Shown here piece by piece: positions 46,361-59,900 of a DNA stretch of 64,000 nt. The notes under the pieces are model-generated. The model saw only the letters and a list, made by a program, of their open reading frames with translations. It was not told where the DNA came from and ran no database searches. The position numbers and the translations under genes are program-made. Numbering within the stretch: position 1 is the stretch's first letter; the number at the start of each line of letters is the position of its first letter. This stretch comes from the human T2T-CHM13v2.0 reference genome, Homo sapiens, in NCBI RefSeq assembly GCF_009914755.1, contig NC_060929.1, one strand, 5' to 3'.

Positions 46361-47859
46361 AAAGAGGTTAGTAATAGAAAGTAAGGGTGCAGGGAATCTT
46401 GTGTACATATCTATTCCTAAGTTCTCCCTTTCAGGCATCACTGGAGTTGACTATAATACCAGGCAAAATAAGGCCTGGTGAAAGACTCCTAAATCAGACA
46501 AAGGGCACAAGCCATACCCAAAAGAACTAAATGAGGAATTTCAATAGTGTCTAGGAAAGACAAGACAAATTCTTCAGTTAACAAGAGAACCATGCCCATA
46601 AGCATGGACATCAGCACAGCCTGATGCCTAAGACAGCTATGGGCAGAGCTTCCAGGAAATCTGGCAGGAGGCCTGATAAAAATTGAGCAGTGGAGCATAA
46701 GACAAATTTAATTTAACTTGGTTATTAATGCCAAAGACTAGGCCCTGTAGAAAGGAGACATAAGAAAACAAACATAGAATCAGGTAGAACTTTTGTTGAA
46801 AAGTAGTTCAACTCCCCACTCAACACACACTTCTTTGGCTATGTGCCATTTTCTCTGCCTGGAAGGCTTCTCCCTATCCCCACTACCCTTCATTTCTCTA
46901 ACTCTTATTTGTCCTTCAAAATTCAGCTCAAGCATCAACCCTCTTCTCCAAAGTTCCCACCTGTCATACTTGCTTCTGTAGCCCTCTTTAAGAAACAAAT
47001 AATTATTGCGTACCTACCACCTGTCAGGCACTGGATGCATTCCTCCATCATAATACCTATTTGTACTATAGAAAGATTATTTTCATTGATCTATTTATAT
47101 TTTTTACTTTGTACCCCAATGACCCATTCCAGGGCCTAGCCAGTGCCTCTGGGCATCTTTGGTGAATCAATAGAAGCTCCTATGAAGTGCCAGGTGCTAG
47201 AGATAAAAATTACTCAAAAGTTGCCTCTGCCTTCAGAGAGTTCATGAGCTACAGAAAAAAGATGAAATAAACAATTACACCTCACAACAGGATGAAGTAG
47301 GCAGTAAATAACTGCATGGGCAAAGGAAGCTTCTGAGCTCTCTGGTAAAGAAGAGATCGTGTCCACAGGCTTTGTACAAAAAAACATGTACAGAAACACA
47401 TGTTCAGAGCCCCGAACCTGCCTTGCAACAAGCTTGTCAAACATGCACATTGGCCTTACAAATAGCCTGTGTACCCCTCACTATTAGCTCAGAGAGGATG
47501 AGTATATTCACATTTCATTTCTCTCTTTACATTTAAGGAGCCAGGTATTCTTCCACCGATGTGGCTGTCTTGCCAACCTAAGTTCAGACCAGTGAAAGAG
47601 AGAGTGAAAAACCAGAAGAAAATACATGACATCCAGTCTTTAATCTGCAATTGTGTGTGGGTGTTGCAATCATTCTATTATTGGTTTTCAAGCAGCTCGT
47701 TCTGTTGGAAATCAAGTTTATGAATAGACTTGCTGTAACCATAAAGGATTTTTCCCCTGTGATTAATCATTAAAATGATAGGTGTTAAATACATACAAAG
47801 GAAAGACAGTTTTCTGGCAAAGTCATTCTGTCTCAAGCAGAGTTCGAAAGGGGAAACCT

Positions 47860-48152
<293 letters not shown>

Positions 48153-48303
48153 GAGAGAAAGAAAGGGGAACTCAAGCGACTAAGAATGGATGGAAAGAGT
48201 CAGAATTCCCTAGGTGGTCATGTTCTGACTTCTGTTCTCAGTCCTTGATGAAGCTCATGGACAAGTTCCTTCTGCAAGGGCACGGACAAGATAGAAAAAG
48301 TAC

Positions 48304-48423
48304 CTCCGCAGTTCATTCATAACCTTGAATGCTTTCCCCATGTGGGCAGGGTTGACAGTGATCGTCCTCTGGTTCTTCTCATCATCCCCAGCCTGTATCA
48401 GAGTCTGGGAGCTCAGCTTGACA
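48304..48423 (-). CDS. KLHL3: KLHL3 exon 2 (120 nt; VKLSSQTLIQAGDDEKNQRTITVNPAHMGKAFKVMNELR)
   Basis: Acceptor cttcctgttcacag|T and donor GAG|gtactt, phase 2-2. The peptide is visible in ORF 48255..48461. Confidence 0.96.
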
Positions 48424-48739
48424 CTGTGAACAGGAAGGAAGAGGGAGGGAAAGAGAATCACTCATTGGTAAACCCATTCATCCAACTGCCAAAAGCCCAT
48501 GCATTTACCCACCTACCAGAGGCATCTATCAGCCTGTTCTCACACAGACCCAATAGGAAAGACAATGTACTGGGAATTTCTTCATATCTTCCAAAGCAAA
48601 GTGCATTCCTCTGAAGGAAGGCAGGTCATAGCTCAGCTTCTTCCACCAAGTACTGTGTGATTTTGTGTGAGGTCCTTATTCTCCATCTCTCCATCCTGAA
48701 AACTGAAGGGGACTAAGCACTCTATCACTCACTTCACAG

Positions 48740-49330
48740 GTTTGTTTGTTCATTAAACAAGCATTTACTGGAGGCTACTATGTGCCAGGCACTGCGTTTA
48801 GATTTAAGGGAAACAAAACAATAGGCAAAGCCACCATCACTACCCTCACAAAGCTTAGAGTTCAGTAGAGGAGAATGCCAAGTAAACATTTAAACATCAC
48901 ATTTCAACTATTATGATTTCATAGGAGCTACAGAAGCACAGGGGATGGCCAACTCGTCCCAGTGATAGCAGGTTGATGGAAAGCTTCCTAGAATCTGAGA
49001 CTTGAAGTAAGAGCAGAAACGAGTCAGGTAAAGAGAAAGAAGAGTATTCCAGGCAGAGGAAACAGTATGCACAAAGACCTGGAGGAGAAAAAGCACAAAG
49101 TGTGTTCAAAGTACTGGCAGTTCAGTAAAACTAGAGGAGAGCACAAGAGGGAATATCAAGAGAAAAAACTAGAAGACCAAGCAGCCTTTTAAGTGTCATG
49201 TAAGCAAAGCTAAGAAGTTTGGATTTCTTTCTGAAATAATGAGAAGCCATCAAAGGGTTTTAAACAAAGTAGGACAGAAAGCAGGTAAACAAATCTGTGT
49301 TTTAGAAAAATCACATTGGCTACACTCCAG
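48740..49330. mobile_element. L2 remnant
   Basis: ttcattaaacaagcatttactg...tatgtgccaggcactg. Confidence 0.65.
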
Positions 49331-50399
49331 GAAGCAGTCGAACAACAGCGAAAGCTTTTGGGAAACTGTAATCCCATAGAAAGACAAAGGATTATAAGTA
49401 TTATGGAAAGAAAGGCTATCTATGTAGACTAACTGAGTAAGTAGAAACTAGCAAGAGTCAACCATAATCTCAATGCCTTCTGTACTGAAATCAAGAGACA
49501 AGGGTATGGTGGCTCATGCCTGTAGTCCCAGCTACTCAGGAGGTTGAAGCAGGAGGACTGCTTGTGCCCAGGGGTTTCATGCCATTGCACCCCAGCCTGG
49601 GCAACAGAGCAAAACTCTGTCTCTTGAAAAAGTGAAAGAGAAAGACAAAATACTCAAATCCCTGTGGGGTGCCAGCTAGTTACCCAACAACTCCTGAGCA
49701 ACATCTTTCAACTTTATGGAAGGTGGAAATAAGGAATCAAAAGAATGAGCAAGGAAAGGTGTTTCTCCCCAAATTGGTGAAACTATTCAGCTCCCAGGAG
49801 TAGTGTGAGACCTTGGAGTTACCGGTTTGATCTAGGCTAAGCTTTGCTTTGCTACTAGGAAAACAGAACCTTCTCCACTTGTATAGATTTGAGGACCCAT
49901 AGTTCACTCCAACTCTAGGACAATGAGGGTACTCTCCTTTGATTTTCCCTAGTGAGCCTCTATCCATGCTACCACTTAACTTTGCAAACTGGCTAGAGAA
50001 AGAGGCTTCTATGCTTTAGAGTATATTTCAGAGGCCTGAGAATCACTATAGATCTCACACTGGAATTCGTAACTATTGGAACATTCAAATACGACCAGCG
50101 TGGCAGACCCACAGCTTGTCTGACCGTAACAGACTCCTCTTTTGGCTCCCTTCCCCACCATCAGTTCATCATGCAAACGTAAGCCACAAATAACTGAACT
50201 TTGGGGCTGTTTGGATTCTGTGCACAAGGAAGTTAGCTGAGCAGAGGAAGATATGCACAAAGGAAGATGCTTAGAGTTGTGTGTTTAAAGCAGGTAAAGA
50301 AAGTCTCAAGCCAGAAAATGTGGCTTGAGACTTGAATCAGAGAGGGGAAGCAACCAGCAAAGATGAAAATTTTCTTCAAAAGATGAGCTATTCCATAAG

Positions 50400-51990
50400 C
50401 ATAATTTATTTTATGGTGTCTTTCTTTACTATAAAGCTAGAAAAATGTTAACTTCTATGTTCTACTAAAGGTTTAACATTTTTGCTTTTGGTATTTAAGC
50501 CCTTATTTCATCTGATACTTATTTTTTCTCTTTTTTTGAGATAGTTTCACTCTGTCATCCAGGCTGGAGTGCAGATCTTGGCTCAACCTCCGCCTCCTGG
50601 GTTCAAGTGATTCTCGTGCCTTAGCCTCTCAAGTAGCTGGGATTACAGGCGTGCACCACCACAACCGGCTAATTTTTGTATTTTTAGTAGAAATGGGGAG
50701 TTTCACCATGTTGGTCAGGCTGTTCTCGAACTCCTGGCCTCAAGTGATCTGCTCACTCCGGCCTCCCAAAGTGCTGCGATTACTGGCGTGAGCCACTGTG
50801 CCAGGCCCTGATACTGATATTTATGTCAGGATATGAAATAGGGATCTAATTTTCTCCATAAGTTTGATGTATTTAAAACTTTTTATTTTTCTCATGCATC
50901 TGTCATGCCATCTTAGGTCACATATTAAAGTTCCAGATACAAAGAGATTTCTTTCTTGACTTACTAACTTATTCCACTGGTCAGTTTGTCTGTCTCTGTA
51001 ACAGTACCACATGATTTCTGTAGCTTTATAATAAGGTCTGATATCTGACAGGGAAAGTCCCCAGTCCTATTATTATTTTTGAGAAGTGTCTTCACTAGCT
51101 TGTCAAATTCCATAAAGAACTCGAATGGGATTTTGATTAAAAAACTGCATTGAATTTATAGATCAATTTGGATAGAACCATCATTTTTCTGATACTATGC
51201 CCTCCTATCCATGAACATAGGATATCTCTCCATTTAAGTCCTCTTTAATATCACTCAGACTTTTAGATTTTTCTGTATGAAGACCTTACACGTTTGATTA
51301 GATTTATTCCTAAGTACTTTATGGTTTTTATTGCTCTTTTGTAATAGAAATGATGTATTTTTAAATTATGTTTTCTGATTGTTATAGTTTATAAAATGTA
51401 GTTTTTGCAAATTCACCATATATCCAGCCATTGCCAATGTTCCTATTATTCCTAACTATTTGAACATAAATTAGGTGTCCTATGTAGACAGTCATATTAT
51501 CTGCATATAATGCCAGAGATTTTTCTTCTATCAAATTCTTAGGCCTCTAATTTCTTTTTTGAAAAAAGTTTGCACTGGCTAGGATGGCCACACAATGTCA
51601 AACAGAAAGGATGCTAATGAATAGTATTGTCATATTCCTGCTTTCAAAGATGTTTCTAATGTTCCCCCATTATGTATGTTTGTTACAGGATTTTTGTAAA
51701 TGATTTTTGTCAGATTAAGAAAATTCCCTTCTATTTTTATTAAGAGTTTTTAAGTCATAAAGTAATGCTAAATTTTATCAAATGTCTTTGTGTATCTAAT
51801 GAGATGTTCATATGGGTTTTTTCCTTTAATCTTGCCTGTGCATCAAGGGTGGAAAGGGCTCTGGATGGATTTGGGGAAAGCGATGTCTTTCCTTTAATCT
51901 TGTAATGTGATGAATGACACATATATTTTCTAATACTAAACCATACTTGCATCCTTCGGATAAATCTATAAACTGTAAAATACTCTACAA
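50400..51990 (-). mobile_element. Old L1M ORF2 remnant, with an AluS inserted at 50522-50807
   Basis: Degenerate ORF2 peptides WYCYRDRQTDQWN and MQVWFSIRK...HMNISLDT. The Alu dimer is flanked by ctgatact. Confidence 0.8.
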
Positions 51991-54900
51991 GTATTCATTA
52001 TAAATATTGTCTTCAAACTGTGGAGAGACTTAAAAGCCAGAATGAGAAAGCATAATTTGGTATAGATCAGGAAACCACTGAAGGTTCTTGACAGGGAACT
52101 AGTAAGATTAAAGCACGGAAAAGCCTAGTGAACAGATATTATTAGCTTCACTTCAAAGATATATAAACTAAAAAGAGCCATTTTAGAAGCACTGACACAA
52201 TCTCCAGTGTGGCTAGTGAACAGGAAAGCTCACTCTTCTGGTGTGTTGCTCTTTGCACTTTCCAGAATGGTCCAATAATGATGTATCCCCTGTTGTGTTT
52301 ACCAATGTTGTGTTTACCAAAAGGTCTCAAACACAGATTGCCTATTATCAGAGGATCAATGTTCAACAAAATATAATTCACACTAGAGCCTCCGTAAAAG
52401 AGCAAGTGACTTGCTGATGACCATAGGGCTGGCTAGGGAAAGACATCAGTTTCCCCAAATCCATCCAGAGCCCTTTCCACTCTTGATGCACAGGCAAGGC
52501 TTGACATCTGAAGGAAGCCAAGGTTCCTTTCTTCCCCTGCTCCTCCATGAAAAGACACAGGAAGTTTGGAGGAGACTCTGAGTCCCTGGTCTCTGGAAGG
52601 TACACGCTTCTTGGCAACTCTAACCTTCCAGAGAACAAGAAATTAAGAAAAGAACATCTGAGGGCCCAGAGAAGTTCAAAAATTCTTCACAAGACTGTAC
52701 AAATAATAAGTGGTAGAGATGGGATCTGAGTTTAGGTATCCTGTACTTGAAGCTCACAACCTATACCCTCCAGCAATATAGTGCATGCATGTACATAAAT
52801 GCACACACATATACATATGTCTCAACCTAAGGTCACATGCCCAGGCACAGAGTTGCTAGATCTTACCATTTCATCCCCTAAACCTTTTTCCCTCCATTCA
52901 TTCCAGATCTTAACTACTTAAACCTCAATAGATTGCCCCATCCCCACCCTATCAAGTCCCAATCCCAAGCATTCTCAGTTCTTATTTCCAAATAAGGCTA
53001 GTGGATCCCCTCTCCTCGCCTGTGAAACAGACCACACTAAGGTATATTCCCACTATCTTGTTCAAGTCTAACACCATACTTTTCACCCTACCCAGACCCA
53101 GCCAAAATCACACACACACACACGTGCACGCACACAAATTTTCCAGGCAGACTCAGCCATGAGATGTTTTCTGTTGAAAAGCATTTCACAGTAAATGCCC
53201 TTACTCTAAGCATAAAATGGTTGATTTCTCCAAGAGCAAAAACTGGCCCCAGATTCTACTAAAAACTATAGTCAGTGTTAATTCATATGTGCCCCTCCCA
53301 CCAGACCTGCAGCTCAAGCTACTACACAAAGGAACCTTCATCTGTATCCCAGTGTCCAGGGTTCCAGCAACATTCAAGTTGAGCAGCCATATTTAAGATT
53401 CAAATGGGTCAACAATTGTAGATGTAGTGAGAAAGTATGGGCCAGGCAGAATCTCTGCTCTTTGCTATAGAAATATACAGAAATGATCATCTAAGCCATT
53501 TTCTAAATAAACTCTAGCAGAATCAGAACACATGAATCTAGTCAACTTTGTCAAAGCACCAGATATCTGGCTCAATACTTTAATTAATTTCCACACTGGC
53601 CTGTTACTAGTAAACTTGCTTATATGAACCACTACTGGTGCCATGATGAACCCACTGCAGTGGATGGTTCAACAGCCCACAGAAAGGGTGTTGCAAATTG
53701 GTTCTGACTTATCTCACACTCACAGATACCCACTGACCCCATTCAGGAAGACATACATGTGAGACAGTCAAGCTTCATAGCCATAAGGATAGACATAGTT
53801 GGCCCTTCTTTTCTGGGCTTTCAGCTTCTCTTTTCCCCTGACTTAGACTATTACAGTGGCCTCCCACCTGCTGTTCCCCACTCTAGATACTCTCCCTCCA
53901 AGTATTTCCTGCACACCATCGCCAAACTGATCCTTCTAAAATGTCATCTGACCATGACTTTCAGATCCTCACTGCACACAGGTCTCTTCGGGGCTGTGAG
54001 GTTTATGAGCTGAAGCTTCAGTCACAGCCCTCTGCCTCCATTTGTTCTATATGTTGAGGGTCCACATAAAATTTCCTTTCAAAGGACTCTATAGCTAAAA
54101 AGCTGAAAAATCATCAGTCTACAGGATAAAGTCATGATTCTTGACTAGTATTCAAGGACCTCCTTGACCTGGACTGAACCTAAATGCCAGCCTTACCTCT
54201 CTCACTTACTCAAATATTTACTAAGTACCTATTATGTGCCAAGCAGATGAACCGTTCACTGCAGACACCTATATTTCCCTTCTCTTTCCCTGTATCATAA
54301 TCTAAATACCTGTTCTTTGAGGACCAATTAAACTTTACCTCCTCCATGAAACCCTCGGGATACATCAGTTCTAAGTGAGCTCTTCCTTCTCTGAATTCCT
54401 GTAGTATTTCTGGCCTGTAACTCAACTGGCACATAGAATTCTGCCTTGTGCCTGATTACTTTTTCAGGGTACAAATCCAACCACCTACCTGCCTCACACT
54501 AGATTCAACATACCCAGAGGGCAAGGAACATGTGTCTGAGGACTCTGTATAGCTTAGCCTGCCCAGCATGAGGTCATGCCCACAGTAGGTCCTCATGACA
54601 TATTTGTCATCTGAACTCTACCTGAAGACCCTTCACTTGTCTTTACAAGCGTTAGATGGTAGAGTAGAAGGGGATAGTCTGACCAACACTTTTATTTTTT
54701 AATGAAAGCAGAGTTGGCCTTCAGAGTTAAATTATAAATAAAATATACATAAAATAGTAATTATAAAAGTTATAAATAAAAATATATAAGCTCTAAAAAT
54801 TAGGCCCTCTTTTAGCACAGCACCTTCCAAAGCCTTCTTTCTTGCCCTCCTCTATCCTCTAAATTACAGATCCACATATCCAATGTCTTATTTGACTCCC

Positions 54901-55668
54901 CTAATTAGATTTTACACAGGTAATTCATACTTATTCAAAATTTATGTTCCCCACCCTCCCTTAAGCCTGCTACTCTTTCTGTATTCTCTATCTCAGAGGC
55001 ATAACCAACCACCCAATCACCTATCCAAGCCAAAAACTGGGGTGTTATCCTTGATATCTTCCTCCCTCTCTCTCTCTCTCACTCCTCACATACAGCCATA
55101 AATCGAATCAATCCTATGTCCATTAATATCCCTGCACCCCATTTCCTTCTCACTTTCGCTACCATTACAACCCCATTCCAGGTCATCATTGTCTCTTGCC
55201 AGGATTATTATAATAACCTCCTCCCAGACTCCAGAGGGACTTTTCCAAAATGTCAATGTGTTCCAGGCATGTTCTACATGAAGCCTCACTGATTCCTCAC
55301 TGCATTCAGAATAAATCTCAGGGACCTAGCCTGGCCCTTAATCCCATCGTTGCCCTGAAGACTTCTTATTACCGTAATACTAAAATACTTGCAATAGCCA
55401 AAATACACTAGGCTCTCTGCCTTGTGAAGTTTTGTCTCACTAGAAAACTGTTCTATCTTATTCCCCACTCATTCTCCCGTGTCTAGCTAGTTCCTACCAG
55501 CCTTCAAGCCTCTTCCCTGAAGCCTTCCCTCTCATTCTCCACTACTCACTAGATTAGTTAAAATCTAGTGGGAAACTAGGTTAGTTTCCCCAGTTCTGTA
55601 TTCCCACAGTACTGTGCTTCCTTCTGTATTGTATTCTAATTACCTCTTACTTATCTGTCTGCCCCACA

Positions 55669-56079
55669 CAGTGTGTGCTGGTAAATGTTTAACAGTTGAT
55701 TGGGAGGAAAGGAGCCCTGATTTGTAACATTTGCCAATTTCCAGACTGTAAATACTCCCACCATGGCAGATTTTAAGCTACCAACATGATGCCACCGAAC
55801 ATGAGATTTGGGAAGAGATGTGCAACAGCACACCATCATATCACTGTATAGTATTTCTACACCAAGACACAATAGACATAACCTCAAAGCCCTAGAAGAT
55901 TACAGTAAAAAATAATTAGAAAGTGATGAGTTTGGGGTATTTATTACATTCATTTTTAATATAATTTATAAGTTACATAATTTGTTAATAATGGCTATAT
56001 TTAATAACTGGCTCCGAAAATTCCTGAAAATTTAACAAACAGCTTTTCCAAGTGGGTGAGTGCTGACTCCAGCACACTG
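55669..56079. mobile_element. MER63-like hAT DNA transposon remnant
   Basis: Ends cagtgtgtgctggtaaatgtttaaca ... ccagcacactg form TIRs. Confidence 0.65.
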
Positions 56080-56610
56080 CTGCCCCCTCTAGATTGTGAG
56101 CTCTCCATGAGAACCAAGACAGTTATCTTAGTTGCCTCTGAATTCTTAGCTTCTGTCACATGACAGGTGCTCAATGAATGATTACTGAGTAAATTAATAG
56201 GTAGATAAGTAAATTAGGTTTAACTACTGACCACTGTAGCTTTCCTCACTCCCCTTCATTAAAATACTGATGGCTTTGTCCCCCTCAACTTTCTCTCCAT
56301 GACCCCTCCACCTCACGTTCAGAGAGGAGTACTTTCTTAGGCAGCCCAGTCCCCTGCATTGATGACACAGAATCAGGAGGATGGGAGTGAGAGAAAGCCA
56401 GCAACAACTAGAGAAGAGGGAAGAAAGTGAGATAGGTTACTGCTTACTGTGTCAGTTCTTAGACTCTTTCTATTGCTGAGGAAAATGGAGGCAGTGAATG
56501 GAAAGGAAAGGATACTAAAAAACATGCTAGAAAGGCAGGGGATAGAAGAGTCTCCAAGCAGGCTGATTGTGCAGCAATGTTTGGGGGAATCCAACAAATG
56601 AGGAGCTCCA

Positions 56611-56843
56611 AGTGATGAGAACTCACGGACACAAAGAAGGGAACAACAGACACTAGGGCCTACTTGAGGATGGAGGGTGGGTGGAGGAAGAGGAGCAGAA
56701 AAAATAACTATTGGCTACCTGGGTGATGACAGGTACTAATCTGTACAACAAACCTCTGTGACACAAGTTTACCTATATAACAAACCAGCACGTGTACCCC
56801 TGAACCTAAAATAAAAGTTAAAAAAAAAAAAAAGAAAAGAAAA
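56611..56843 (+). mobile_element. Short L1PA (approximately PA13-16) 3'-end insertion
   Basis: 3' UTR plus poly(A). TSD aacaaatgaggag(c/t)tcca at 56593-56610 and 56844-56861. Confidence 0.88.
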
Positions 56844-59679
56844 AACAAATGAGGAGTTCCAGAACATCTTGGGTGTGCGAGAATGTAGAGGGAAGGAAAG
56901 TGGAGTCTGAGAAATGCTGTTAAAGGTTATGATCTGTTTCACCTCTAAAGGTCTCCAAGAGATGCAAATAAAATTCAGAAGTCATGAGCTGATACTGGCC
57001 ACATACAAGAGGCCCAAGCACATTATGTTCAAGCTAGAGATGAGATGGAATAAAGAGGCAAAACCACTCAATGAAGGCAAAACAACTGTGAGCCAGGGCA
57101 AAGCTGTGCTGAATGCATTAAAAACTCTCAACAAAGAAAGTGTCATTTAGAAAGGAATAACCAAAAACTAAGAATCAGACAGAGAAGAAAGCCCTCGGTC
57201 CAACCCATCACACTCTGTCTAGGAAAGTGATTTAATCATCAGATATCGTCAGCTGGTTCAGCCTCAGGTCAGATCCTCATGGTGGAGTTTGAAGTCTGTA
57301 AATACTCCAATGCCATAACTCAGTCCCTAGTTTACTCTGCAGCCTTTTGACCAGTTTGGCCTCCCCCGTGGTTGTCCTTCAGAGAGGTAGAATGTGGTTG
57401 CAGGCCCTCAGGAATATCTTGCCAGTAATATTTTACTGCAAATCAATAAACTGATGACATGTTGACTATTGTATTTTAGGTTCTCATGAGGTCATTGGCA
57501 TGACTCTGCTTCTCCAACTCTGGACAGCAATGGGACCCTATATAGATAGGATTTCTGAGCCCCTGGCACTCTGGTCAAACTGCAGATCTAGTAAGTATCC
57601 CAATCCTAAAGTTCAAGACCAAAATGATCAAACTTAGATTTCTACTTCTGGATTAATGAAGAACCTGACTCTTGAAGATGTCCAGCCAGCAGGATTCAGG
57701 ACTTGGTGGTGCAGTCCTGCTATCACAAAGTACCATTTACACACAGGTTACCAGAGAGCCCCATACTCTTCATCCTCTTTCAGCAGTGCCACCTCAGTTC
57801 ATAGAATTAGGCTGAATCGCTATAATAGCCCACATGGACACGTAGAACACATGCATTAGTAAGGTACAGATCGAGTTAACATTTCCTGAAAGTTGAGGGT
57901 ATGTTAAAGCACCTTACCTCCATTTTATCTTCAGAACAACCCTAGGAAGTAGGTAGCATTATCTCTTAAGGTACAGACATAAAGTCTTCCCAAAAGTCCC
58001 ACATAACTAGTAAGTGCAGAACTGGCACTGAAACCCAGGTCTATCTGACTCCAAGGCCTGGGCTTTTAATAACAATGTCCACTGACTCGGGATAATGTCC
58101 ATAGCCCATCAGGCCAAGTGAGGCACAACCCTTCATGTCCCACTCTCTGACGTTCTTCCTTGTGCAACCAAACCAGGCCAAATGAAAAAAGACCAAATCT
58201 CCTAGGACCTGTGATATAGCACTACTTCACTTCTGATTATGGGAAATTGCAGTGTGTACTGGAGTCAGTGTTATTAATTGTATTGAACTTGGAGTTTCCA
58301 CACTGGGGCCTTCACACAAGCCAATCATGATTCACCAAAGATGACCAGCAGATGCTGTCATTCTTGTAACATGCTCCTTCATAAACAAGCTCAAGAACAG
58401 GTATGTTACTAATCACATTCCTAAAACCCCAAGTCACAAACTGCTTTCTTTAAAACTCAAGGGGAAAACTCTTAAGTGGGCTGTGTAAAAATGTAAAACA
58501 TTTTACACAGACAGATAGAATTAGACAAGAAGAGAGAAAGACTAAAAGAAAACATGCTCCTCATTATGTGGCATTTTGGAAGCCAAGCTTATGTTTGGTT
58601 TGAATAGGAGAGCTGAGCCCTTGTATGTGTGTGGTTTTGATAGTGGCTATGATATACTTTCATAAGTGAAAATGAAAAGTCCAGGAAAGTTGTGCTAAGA
58701 CTCTGAAAATCCTCATAAATGATAAAAAGTTAGATCTCTGACCTGAGAGGCATTGAACTTATTTAACAGAAAAAAAAATCTACCAACACATGTTCAAGCT
58801 ATTTTTTACATGGTTTATTAGTGCTCTATTCCGTTTAACCTAGTTTGAACATTCATCCAGAAATTGAAAAAAAAAAAATAGGTCAGTTTGATGATGGCAA
58901 ATTTCATCAAATAAAGCACTTGCTTTAGGAAAACTTACACAAAAATTATCTTGTCCAGATCTGTTTTACCAGTTCAAAACTTAGCAAGCAAAATCCTAAA
59001 AATCCAAATCTGGGTGCAGGGATATCAAGAGGTTTCTTTCCCTGACTTTGTTTTTGCAGTTGAAAACCTTACTTTGTCAAAAAGTATTTCCAAAATGGAA
59101 AAATTTGGTTTCAATTATCATGGTTGAAATGCGTGCACATCTGCTTCAGGCAGCAGTGATGCCCAAAACTTTTTACAGAATTTTCTATCCCTGACTTCTA
59201 AGGTTGGGGGAGGACTAAGTGACTTGCCGCTGGGAACAGAAAAAAGGCTAGGTTGCTCAACACTTGCTCTTCCCTGGGTCTTGCCAGCATTCAACCTGAC
59301 ATTACAAAACTCAACATTTAAAGTGTACTGGCTTTCTAAGTCTTGTCTCCTCAGAAAATATTCTCTATCTGTCGTTCCTGGATCAAGGGTAAATAGATGA
59401 GCTCCTTTTGCTCAGAAGTTCCCTGAGGTCCAAAAACAGACTCTCCTTCATAAAAACCAGCCATTAAGAACCATCCTCTGAGGACACCTCACACAAAATC
59501 ACAGCATAGTGCCCGGTACATGGTGCCCCTCTCAAGCAGGGGCATCTCTGTGCTTCTGATGAAGAAAATAATCACAATTTTAAGAAAAATAGACAATTAA
59601 CTTCCCCTTTTTATGATGCTTCTTCCAAAGTTGTGGTGCTCTGTAACTCTTGCAGATCTGCCACAGTCTGGGCCTGAAT

Positions 59680-59900
59680 GTTTTTTATTGTGGTAAAATA
59701 GATGTAACATAAAATGTATAATTTTAACCGTTTTTAAGTACAGTCATACTGTTGTACAACCATCACCACCACCCATCTCCAGAATTATTTCATCTTCCCA
59801 AACTGAAACTCTCTATCCATTAAACAATAACTTCCCCACTCCTCCCTCCCTCCAGCTCCTGGTAACCATTTTACTTTCTGTCTCTATGAATCTGACTAAC
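59680..59900 (-). mobile_element. L1MB-like 3' end fragment
   Basis: ttttattgtggtaaaata...accatcaccacc...ctcctggtaacca...ctttctgtctctatgaat. Confidence 0.75.
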
